DNA of 32,000 nt from assembly GCF_001598795.1 (NCBI RefSeq), contig NZ_BCZP01000002.1:330001-362000 (forward strand). Reading direction: 5' to 3'. Below the pieces are notes generated by a model. It was given only the letters and a program-made list of their open reading frames with translations. It ran no database searches and had not been told where the DNA came from. Positions 15,676 to 23,369 of this stretch are shown piece by piece. The DNA comes from Delftia acidovorans NBRC 14950 (GTDB lineage Bacteria > Pseudomonadota > Gammaproteobacteria > Burkholderiales > Burkholderiaceae_C). Positions within the stretch are counted from its first letter, which is position 1; each line of letters starts with the position of its first letter. A program made the translations under genes and the position numbers.

Positions 15676-17184
15676 ATGAAGAAAAATGTTCTGGCCCTGA
15701 GCATTGCTGCCATGGTTGGTGGCCTGGGCTTCGCTGGCGCTGCGTCCGCACAATCGTTCCAAGTGAACGAAAGCGGCACAGGCCACATCCTGGTGGTGCC
15801 CTACTACACCGCCCAGAACGGCAACATGTCCGTGTTCCACCTGACCAACACCGACACCATCCGTGGTAAGGCTGTGAAGGTGCGTTTCCGCGGTGCTTCG
15901 AACTCCGACGACGTGCTTGACTTCCAAGTCTTCATGTCGCCTGGTGACGTGTGGACCGCTGCTGTGACGGCTGACGCCGCTGGCAAGGCCCAGCTGGTGA
16001 CTGCAGACAACACCTGCACGCTGCCCGCTATCGCCAAGAACACGCCTGTTCCGTTCGTGACCGATCGTCTGGCTCGTCAAGGCTGGACTGACGCGGACAA
16101 GGCTGCTCAGACTCGTGAAGGCTACGTTGAAATCCTCAACATGGCCGACATCTCGAATCTGAACCCTGCTGCTTCGTCCTTGTACAAGGCCACGAAGCAC
16201 GCGAACGGCGTTGCTCCTTGCACCTCCTCGGTCCTGCAAGACACGCTGCTGGGCTACCCCGCCATGACTTCGCAGAACGAACTGTCCGCGCCCACCGCGA
16301 CGCTGACCGGTTCGTGGTATGTGATCAACGTGGCTCAGTCCACGACGTTCTCTGGCGCCGCTCCCGCTCTGGTGGGCAATGCTCCTACACGCGTCGTGTT
16401 CTCGCCCCAAGTTGAAGGCGAAACCACGTTCAAGACGTCTGACCCGCTGATGGTTGCTGGCACTATCAAGGCTCAGCACTATGACGTGCCTGACCTGTCG
16501 ACGCCTTACTTCGCCAGCCAATCGCTGACGAGCCAGACCGACGCCGACACCAATGCTACGAACCTGACGAATGCTCTGGGTCGTAACACCATCATGAACC
16601 AGTACGCAACGGATCTCAGCATCTCTGCTAAGACCGACTGGGTGTTCTCGATGCCTACCCGCCGCTACACTGTGGCTGCTAACTATGCATCGACGGCCAC
16701 GAACTATGCTGGTCAGCTGAATGTGTCTGCCACTGGCACGCCTACGACTGCTGAACTGAACGCTTACACGTACATCAACAGCGCTGTGACCGGCAACATC
16801 TTCTCGACAGGTGCCAAGGTTTCCGCCAATGACCAAGGTCAGCTGTGCGTGACGGCTTCCAAGCAAGAGTTCTACGACCGTGAAGAAAACGTGCAGTCCA
16901 GCGGCGCGATCTTCTCGCCCGGCACGACCAAGACGGCCAAGCTGTGCGGTGAAGTCAGCGTGCTGTCCTTCACGTCCGATGCTTCGGCTCTGGGCGCTGC
17001 TGTGGCACGTCAGACCGTGGCTGCTCCCTACACTAACGGTTGGGGCACCATCGGCTTCGGTACGGACCGCGCTCCCGTCCTGGGCGCTGCGTTCCTGAAG
17101 CTGACCAACCCCCAAGCCGTTCCTGGCACCGTGGGTACGTACGGCATCACCTGGCCCCACGCTTACGGCTCTGCCGCTCAGTAA
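15676..17184 (+). CDS. Abundant-type secreted/surface protein of unknown family; candidate T2SS cargo
   Basis: ATG 15676 is preceded by GGAGA. Sec signal MKKNVLALSIAAMVGGLGFAGAASA|QSF. The protein is rich in Ala/Thr/Ser/Asn/Gly and has 4 Cys. Codon usage shifts to GCT/GGT/CGT/TTC/AAC, unlike its neighbours. I recognised no domain by eye. Confidence 0.85.
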   Translation: MKKNVLALSIAAMVGGLGFAGAASAQSFQVNESGTGHILVVPYYTAQNGNMSVFHLTNTDTIRGKAVKVRFRGASNSDDVLDFQVFMSPGDVWTAAVTADAAGKAQLVTADNTCTLPAIAKNTPVPFVTDRLARQGWTDADKAAQTREGYVEILNMADISNLNPAASSLYKATKHANGVAPCTSSVLQDTLLGYPAMTSQNELSAPTATLTGSWYVINVAQSTTFSGAAPALVGNAPTRVVFSPQVEGETTFKTSDPLMVAGTIKAQHYDVPDLSTPYFASQSLTSQTDADTNATNLTNALGRNTIMNQYATDLSISAKTDWVFSMPTRRYTVAANYASTATNYAGQLNVSATGTPTTAELNAYTYINSAVTGNIFSTGAKVSANDQGQLCVTASKQEFYDREENVQSSGAIFSPGTTKTAKLCGEVSVLSFTSDASALGAAVARQTVAAPYTNGWGTIGFGTDRAPVLGAAFLKLTNPQAVPGTVGTYGITWPHAYGSAAQ

Positions 17185-17218
17185 TCGGGCACTTTCACGC
17201 GCAAGCGTGATCTAGAGA

Positions 17219-17252
17219 AGGCGGGAGGAAACTCCCGCCTTTTTTGTTTTTT
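17219..17252 (+). terminator. Strong Rho-independent terminator after the cargo gene
   Basis: aggcgggag-gaaa-ctcccgcct (9-bp GC-rich stem, GAAA loop) followed by tttttgtttttt. Confidence 0.9.
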
Positions 17253-17264
17253 CGGAAAGGACTT

Positions 17265-18200
17265 ATGACTGCTTCCATCCAACGACTGACGATGGCCTCG
17301 CTGATGTTGACTGCCATGATGGCAGGCCAGTGGGCCTGGGCTGAAGCCAAGTTGCCCGACGCTGCGGATGCCCGCAAGCCCGCTGCTGTTCAGACGCTGG
17401 CACAAGGCCAGAATATAGTGATCACGGATCTGGACGTGCAGGCGGATGCGCAACGCATCCCCCCAGATGTGCGCCCCTTGATTCTGGCGCGCTCACAGAA
17501 TGTGGGGCAGATGGCGTCTGATCTCTATGTCTTCCGCAACATGGCCAAGATGGCGCAGCAGCTGGGAATGGAGCGCGATCCCCGGGTGGCTGCTGCCCTG
17601 CAGGTTGCGCGTGACCGGGTGCTTGCCAACGCCTGGATGGATGCGCTGGATGAAAAGAACATGCCCAGCCTGGAGGCCGCAGAAAAGCAGGCGCGCAGCA
17701 TTTACCAAGCACAGCCAGATCGCTTCAAGGTTGGTGAAGAAGTGCGTGCGCGCCACATTCTGATTTCAGGCAAGGATGCCGAGGCGCGTGCCAAGGCAGA
17801 ACAAGTGTTGGCGCAGCTCAAGTCAGGTGCAGACTTTGCAACGTTGGCCAGGGAAGTGTCGGCTGACAAGGGCAGTGCAGCGCGTGGTGGTGACCTGGGC
17901 TTTTTCGGCAGGGATCGCATGGCTCCGGAGTTCGAGAAGGCCGCTTTCGCGCTGCAAAAGCCCGGTGATCTCTCCACTGTCGTGGAGACCCAGTTTGGTC
18001 AGCACATCATCCAACTGGAAGCACGTCGTCCCGCCGGCATCAAGCCTTTCGAGGAAGTGCGCGAAGGTATGGTCAAAGAAATCCGCTCCATCGCTGCCAA
18101 GGACGTGCGCTCTGCAACGGCCGAGCAACTCCGTGCGGATGTCAAGGTTGACAATGCTGCGGTTGAAGCCTTCGCTTCAAAGAACGAACCCAAGCCCTGA
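17265..18200 (+). CDS. Periplasmic parvulin-type peptidyl-prolyl cis-trans isomerase (PpiC/SurA/PrsA-like)
   Basis: ATG 17265. Signal ...AGQWAWA|EAK. The rotamase domain reads VRARHILISGKD...GADFATLAREVSADKGSAARGGDLGFFGRDRMAPEFEKAAFAL...TQFGQHIIQLE. Confidence 0.88.
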   Translation: MTASIQRLTMASLMLTAMMAGQWAWAEAKLPDAADARKPAAVQTLAQGQNIVITDLDVQADAQRIPPDVRPLILARSQNVGQMASDLYVFRNMAKMAQQLGMERDPRVAAALQVARDRVLANAWMDALDEKNMPSLEAAEKQARSIYQAQPDRFKVGEEVRARHILISGKDAEARAKAEQVLAQLKSGADFATLAREVSADKGSAARGGDLGFFGRDRMAPEFEKAAFALQKPGDLSTVVETQFGQHIIQLEARRPAGIKPFEEVREGMVKEIRSIAAKDVRSATAEQLRADVKVDNAAVEAFASKNEPKP

Positions 18201-18375
18201 GCATTGAGCCGCGCGTGTGCTATCGAGCCATGTGTTGCCTTGTTGTTGCAAGCATTTGAAATGCTTTGTCTTCATCGTAGGCACGTGACGCTGTGATGCG
18301 CGAAAATGCCAGGTTTGGCATGAACTGAAGTGCCGCCGCCGTCTCTGGCGCGCGGCACTTGTCGCATAACAACGC

Positions 18376-19176
18376 ATGTACTCTTTACTCGGCGAATGCC
18401 GCGCGCTGTGGCAGGCTCGCAGCCTGCTGTGGGTGATGACCCGGCGCGAAGTGGCTGCCCGCCACGCAGGCACGGCCGCGGGCGTGCTCTGGCCCTATCT
18501 GCAGCCGCTGCTCACCGTGGCGGCCTACTACCTCGTGTTCGACGTGGTGTTCTCGATGCGCCTTGGCGACAACGCACCCACGCATGCCGTGGGCGCGTTT
18601 CTTGTTGTGGGCGCCTTGCCGTGGATGGCGTTTTGCGACGCTACGGCACGTGGCATGAACAGTCTGGTCGAGGCGGGTGGCATTCTGCAAAAGAACCCGT
18701 TGCCGCCAGTGCTGTTTCCCATGCGTGCGGTACTGGCCAGCAGTGTGATCTTCGGACCCTTGTTGTTGCTGGTGGCCTTGGCTTATCTGCCCCAGCACGG
18801 CTTGACCTGGTCGCTCGTGGCACTCATCCCCCTGTTGCTGGGCCAGCTGCTGCTGTGCGCCCTGCTGGCTTATGCGCTGGCTATTCTGACGGCGGCACTG
18901 CGCGATGTGGGGCAGCTTGTGACCTTCTTTCTGTCCGTCGGTATCTATCTCTCGCCCATTCTTTTTCCGCTGGCCTTGTTTCCCGAGCGCTGGCGCTGGG
19001 TGCTATGGGCCAATCCCATGACGGCGTTGGTTCTTGGCTACCAGAATGTGCTGCTGCAGGGGCTGTGGCCTCAAATGGCGGTCTGGGCGGCTTTGGGCAT
19101 CTGGATTCTGGTTTTGGCTGTGCTGCTCAATGGCTTGGTGCGACGCAGCCGTGATCAACTGGTGGACTGGCTATGA
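18376..19176 (+). CDS. wzm: ABC-2 type polysaccharide export permease (Wzm)
   Basis: 266 aa and polytopic. The N-terminal LWQARSLLWVMTRREVAARHAGTAAGVLWPYLQPLL is typical of O-antigen/teichoic ABC-2 permeases. There is a 4-nt overlap with wzt. Confidence 0.9.
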   Translation: MYSLLGECRALWQARSLLWVMTRREVAARHAGTAAGVLWPYLQPLLTVAAYYLVFDVVFSMRLGDNAPTHAVGAFLVVGALPWMAFCDATARGMNSLVEAGGILQKNPLPPVLFPMRAVLASSVIFGPLLLLVALAYLPQHGLTWSLVALIPLLLGQLLLCALLAYALAILTAALRDVGQLVTFFLSVGIYLSPILFPLALFPERWRWVLWANPMTALVLGYQNVLLQGLWPQMAVWAALGIWILVLAVLLNGLVRRSRDQLVDWL

Positions 19177-20453
19177 ACGCCAAGCATGTCGAATTGCCTG
19201 ATGACCTGGTACTGCGTGTGCGCAATCTGGGCAAGGAATACAAACTTTATCCCTCGCCGCGAGCGCGCTTCAAGGCCTTGCTGACCGGTGTTGCCACGCA
19301 CCGAAGCCATTGGGCATTGCGGGATGTGTCATTCGAATTGCGCCGAGGCCAGTGCATTGGTGTGATTGGCGACAACGGTGCAGGCAAGAGCTCGCTGCTC
19401 AAGCTGCTTGCTGGCACCTTGCAGCCCAGTTGCGGGCAAATAGAGCGTGTGGGTCGGGTCACGGCCATTCTGGAGTTGGGCGCGGGATTTCACCCTGATT
19501 TCAGCGGACGCGACAATCTGTATTTCGGTGGCAGCCTGATTGGTATCTCCCCTGAGCGCATGCGTGAGCTGGAGCCCGAAATCGCAGCCTTTGCGGAGTT
19601 GGGCGAAGCACTGGAGCGGCCGGTCAAGACCTACTCTTCGGGGATGGCGGTGCGCCTGGCGTTTGCACTGGTGACGGCCGTGCAGCCCGATGTGCTGATC
19701 ATTGACGAGGCGCTCGCTGTAGGCGACCAGCATTTCCAGAAGAAGTGCATTGAGCGCATCATGGCCTTCCGCAACAGCGGCTGCACCATCCTGTTTTGTT
19801 CCCATAGCCCTTATCACATCCGCCATCTTTGCGATGCAGCCCTGTGGCTGCGCGGCGGGCATGTGGCGCAGTTTGGTGCGACCGAGCCAGTGCTGGCCGC
19901 CTACGATGCACATACCCGCGAGCGCCAGGAGCGCGAGCAGAGGGCTTTGTGCGGCGAGATGCTGCCTGCTGAAGTGGAGCCCGCTGTGCCAGCGCCTGCT
20001 GCGGATGAAGTGCCTCCCGCGCCGGTCGCTGCCGTGGACAGCGGCACAGCCTGCATCCTGTCCGTGGATGTGAAGGATCTGGCTGAACCTGTGGGGGATC
20101 AGCCAGGGTTGCTTCAGAGCCAGGATCTGGTTGTGACCATTACCGCGAGAGGACGTGGCAACGAGCGGCCGCACATCGGCTTCATGATCGAGCAGTCCAA
20201 GGGCGTGGGCATTACTTCGCTGGCAACGCATGAGGATGGTGCAGCCCCGCGGCAATTGCCAGACGGAAGCTGGCAGACCGTGCTGACCTTTCCCGAGTTG
20301 CCTCTGCACAGCGGAGACTATGTGATCAGCGCCTTCCTGTTCGATGAAACCGGGCTGGCCGTCTATGACGAATGGTTCCAGTTCCTGCACCTGCGCTTTA
20401 TTTTCCCCAAGCCCCTGCCTGGACTGGTGCGCCTGCCCCACCACTGGAGCTGA
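19173..20453 (+). CDS. wzt: Polysaccharide ABC exporter ATP-binding protein (Wzt) with a C-terminal carbohydrate-binding domain
   Basis: Walker A GDNGAGKSS, signature YSSGM and Walker B LIIDEA. An Ala/Pro linker is followed by a ~135-aa beta-rich C-terminal domain (residues ~292-426) of Wzt_C type. Confidence 0.9.
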   Translation: MNAKHVELPDDLVLRVRNLGKEYKLYPSPRARFKALLTGVATHRSHWALRDVSFELRRGQCIGVIGDNGAGKSSLLKLLAGTLQPSCGQIERVGRVTAILELGAGFHPDFSGRDNLYFGGSLIGISPERMRELEPEIAAFAELGEALERPVKTYSSGMAVRLAFALVTAVQPDVLIIDEALAVGDQHFQKKCIERIMAFRNSGCTILFCSHSPYHIRHLCDAALWLRGGHVAQFGATEPVLAAYDAHTRERQEREQRALCGEMLPAEVEPAVPAPAADEVPPAPVAAVDSGTACILSVDVKDLAEPVGDQPGLLQSQDLVVTITARGRGNERPHIGFMIEQSKGVGITSLATHEDGAAPRQLPDGSWQTVLTFPELPLHSGDYVISAFLFDETGLAVYDEWFQFLHLRFIFPKPLPGLVRLPHHWS

Positions 20454-20507
20454 GCGGCTCTGCCACACCCGCGCAAGCGGCTCGGCTGTCTCCCTATTCC
20501 ATACCCC

Positions 20508-21404
20508 ATGACATCTGACAATTCTTCTACTCCCATCAGCGATGGGCAGCGTTTGCTGAATGAAGCCCTGCAATTGCTGGCAAGCGGCGACCGGGCTGGT
20601 GCAGCACAGGTCCTAGCCCGTGCCCGCGAAATGGACGACAGCCTGTTGGAGGCGCATTCCCTGATCGAGGCCAATGGTCTGGTGGGTTCGTTTTCCAACA
20701 TGACGGGACTCGATTGCCGGATTTCTGCGCAGGACGATATCTTCGGCTTCTTCCGTGGTCACCCTTCCAGCGTCAATCCCCTGCGCGACTACTTCGCCGA
20801 CGGTTGGCGCACGCTGTCGGAACTGATGCTGCTGCTTGAGGCTGTGGACAAGCCTTTGCTGCGCACGGCCAGCGTCCTGGAGTTCGCCAGCGGTCACGGC
20901 CGCTTTACGCGGCACCTGGTCAAGGCGCTGGGGGCGGAACGGGTCACCGTCTCGGACATCGTGGTCGATGCTGTGGATTTTTCGCAGCAGACCTTCGGCG
21001 TGAAGGGCTTTGCTTCGGCCAGCGTGCCGGAGCAGGTACGCTGGCCGCAGCAGTACGAGCTGGTGTTCGTGCTCTCGCTGTTCAGCCATCTGCCGCGCTC
21101 GACCTGGACGCGCTGGCTGCAGGTGCTGCGCGATGCGGTGGCTCCTGGCGGGTTGCTGGTTTTCAGCACGCACGGCATGAAGGCCGCAAATTTCGACAGC
21201 GTGAAGCTGGATGACGAGGGATTTTTCTTTGCCCCGTCCAGCGAGTCGAATGCCATCGATGCCAATGAGTATGGAACGGCGTTCACTTCCGAGCAATTCG
21301 TCCTGGACCGCATTGCCGAAACCTGGGGCACCGATGCGCTGCGCCATCGATCACTTGTGCATTTCTGGAACCACCAGGATGCCTATGTGCTTCAGCGGCT
21401 GTGA
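20508..21404 (+). CDS. Class I SAM-dependent methyltransferase
   Basis: Motif I VLEFASGHGRFTRHL, post-I VSDIV and motif LVFVLSLFSHL...GGLLVFSTHG. 298 aa. Confidence 0.8.
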   Translation: MTSDNSSTPISDGQRLLNEALQLLASGDRAGAAQVLARAREMDDSLLEAHSLIEANGLVGSFSNMTGLDCRISAQDDIFGFFRGHPSSVNPLRDYFADGWRTLSELMLLLEAVDKPLLRTASVLEFASGHGRFTRHLVKALGAERVTVSDIVVDAVDFSQQTFGVKGFASASVPEQVRWPQQYELVFVLSLFSHLPRSTWTRWLQVLRDAVAPGGLLVFSTHGMKAANFDSVKLDDEGFFFAPSSESNAIDANEYGTAFTSEQFVLDRIAETWGTDALRHRSLVHFWNHQDAYVLQRL

Positions 21405-21446
21405 GCGTGTTGACAGGGTTGTAGAGAGAACAGAGAGGACGATTGC

Positions 21447-22307
21447 ATGAGTTGGATGCTGCGTTTGCAGGAACGGCTGTTGGGCCTGGCGCCATGGGAC
21501 GCCGGTAAGATCACCGATGAGTGGTTTCGTGCGCATTTCAACTATGCAGCGGATCTGGCCCATGACTGGCTCGGACGGTCGTTGGACCTGTCCAAGGCCA
21601 GGTTGCTGAATTTCGGATGTGGCGATGGCATCACCGATCTGGCTTTGGTACTGCGCCATGGCGCAACCTCCATCCATGGCATCGATATCCGTCAGGAGTA
21701 CGCCAAGCTGCCCCGCATTGCACGCGAGCAGTTGGGCATGTCGCGCATTCCCGCTGCGCTGAGCTTCGAGACCATCGTGCCGAATTCGCCATTGGCCGGC
21801 CGGCATGCGAACTATGACGGATTGCTCAGCTGGTCCACCTTCGAGCATGTGCAGCGCGACAAGGTGCTGCCGATCCTGTCCGACCTGCATGCCTGCCTGC
21901 GCTCGGGAGGCGTGTTCTTCCTGCAAATCGAGCCCTTGTTTCATTCTCCCTGGGGCTCGCACCTGCGCCGCTACGACGATGTGCCCTGGCACCACTTGCT
22001 GGCGTCGGAGGAGGAGTTGTGGAGCATCATCGAAAAGCATGAAGGTCCGCTGGACGCCGCCGAGGTGGACTTCGGCTTTGCTGATTTCGGTGTCGATGGC
22101 TACAAGCGCTTTGTCTTCAAGGAGTACCAGGCGCTGAACCGGTTGACGGCAGACGAGCTGGTCGATATCGCTCGTCAGGCCGGCTTTGAGGTGTTGCGCG
22201 AGGAGCGGCGCCAGGTGGACATGGCCATTCCCGAGGCGCTGGCGGGGCGCTACCCCGAGGAGTGGCTGCGCAACAACGAGATTTTGCTGTTGCTGGGCAA
22301 GAGCTGA
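21447..22307 (+). CDS. Class I SAM-dependent methyltransferase
   Basis: Motif I LLNFGCGDGITDLAL, followed by GIDI and LLSWSTFEHV...GGVFFLQIEP. 286 aa. Confidence 0.8.
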   Translation: MSWMLRLQERLLGLAPWDAGKITDEWFRAHFNYAADLAHDWLGRSLDLSKARLLNFGCGDGITDLALVLRHGATSIHGIDIRQEYAKLPRIAREQLGMSRIPAALSFETIVPNSPLAGRHANYDGLLSWSTFEHVQRDKVLPILSDLHACLRSGGVFFLQIEPLFHSPWGSHLRRYDDVPWHHLLASEEELWSIIEKHEGPLDAAEVDFGFADFGVDGYKRFVFKEYQALNRLTADELVDIARQAGFEVLREERRQVDMAIPEALAGRYPEEWLRNNEILLLLGKS

Positions 22308-22314
22308 CGAAGCC

Positions 22315-23358
22315 ATGCAGGAGCTGGCCCCCACGATCTCTTCACCCGTGCGGCCTGCATATTCCAATGGCTTTGATGCACTGCGCATAGCCGCTGCATC
22401 TGCAGTCATTTACAGCCATCATTTCCATATCACGGGCACCAGACCGCCATCGTGGCTGCATGCGGACATGGTGGGCGGCGTGGCAGTGATGACTTTCTTC
22501 ACGATCAGCGGCTTTCTTGTCACGCTGAGTTGGCTGTGTGACCCTCGGGCGGCGGCCTTCATGGCCAAGCGTCTGTTGCGGTTGTGGCCGGGCATGCTGG
22601 TGGCTGTTGTGGCTGGCGTGCTGCTGTTCGGCCCGGTATTTACTTCATTGCCACTGAAGGAGTTCTGGCTTCATCCGCAGACCCTGGATCACTGGCGCAA
22701 TCTGCTGCTGATCAAGGACTACGCCTTCATGCCGGGCGTGTTTTCTTCCAATCCGCTGCCAGGGTTGATGAATGGCCCTTTGTGGACCATCCCCATCGAG
22801 CTGATGTGCTACGTGGTGCTTGCTGCACTGGGCATATTGGGAGTGCTGCGGTCCAGGCTTCTTGCCAGCCTGGCTGCAGCTGGATATCTGGTCTTTTTCC
22901 TGACACAGCGCAATGCCGATTTGGCTGGAACCATGTTTCATTGGTTCGAGTATCCGGCCTATTTCGCCTATGGCTCGCTGATCGCGCTATTGCAGCCTGC
23001 CTTTGCTGCCCATGGTCGAAACTTGCTGTTGATCCTGGCGCCTGTGGCTGGGGTGCTTTTCTTTGGCTTGAAGCTGGAGCACTCTGCCGGCCTGCTGCTG
23101 CTGCCGCCGCTGCTCATCTATTTGGGTTCCATGCGTTCTAGGGTGTTTTCCGGGTTGCATCGACTCGGAGATCCTTCTTATGGTGTCTACGTGCTGGGCT
23201 GTCCCATCCAGCAGGCAGTTCAGGCGCTGTGGCCTCAGCTGCCATTCCACTCCAGTCTGGCGCTTGCATGGCTGCTTGCGCTGGCTGCTGGCTATGCCTC
23301 CTGGCACTTGGTCGAGTCGCCGATGCTGCGGCTCAAACACTTGGTGTACCGCACCTAG
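22315..23358 (+). CDS. Acyltransferase-3 family membrane O-acyltransferase
   Basis: ATG 22315 in the frame of ORF 22186..23358. GFDALRIAAASAVIYSHHF, FFTISGFLV and the C-terminal SWHLVESPMLRLK are typical of the acyltransferase_3 family (OafA/WecH-like). Polytopic. Confidence 0.85.
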   Translation: MQELAPTISSPVRPAYSNGFDALRIAAASAVIYSHHFHITGTRPPSWLHADMVGGVAVMTFFTISGFLVTLSWLCDPRAAAFMAKRLLRLWPGMLVAVVAGVLLFGPVFTSLPLKEFWLHPQTLDHWRNLLLIKDYAFMPGVFSSNPLPGLMNGPLWTIPIELMCYVVLAALGILGVLRSRLLASLAAAGYLVFFLTQRNADLAGTMFHWFEYPAYFAYGSLIALLQPAFAAHGRNLLLILAPVAGVLFFGLKLEHSAGLLLLPPLLIYLGSMRSRVFSGLHRLGDPSYGVYVLGCPIQQAVQALWPQLPFHSSLALAWLLALAAGYASWHLVESPMLRLKHLVYRT

Positions 23359-23369
23359 AAGGGAGTGCC

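Noticed and set aside
15658-17160. 500-aa ORF antisense to the candidate cargo gene
   Set aside because: The sense frame has a signal peptide, a Shine-Dalgarno, coherent codon bias and a terminator. The antisense product is Arg/Gly/Val/His-rich without features.
18201-18375. Search for a JUMPstart/ops element (GGCGGTAG) upstream of wzm
   Set aside because: No ops match on either strand. Only short hairpins are present (aagcat-ttgaa-atgctt at about 18250-18266, atgcca-ggtt-tggcat, gtgccgc...gcggcac), and their function cannot be assigned.
19329-22409. Long minus-strand ORFs (414 aa, 244 aa, 352 aa) opposite wzt and the methyltransferases, plus 30537..31451 opposite argB
   Set aside because: These are antisense shadows. 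The sense frames carry Walker, SAM-binding and kinase motifs.
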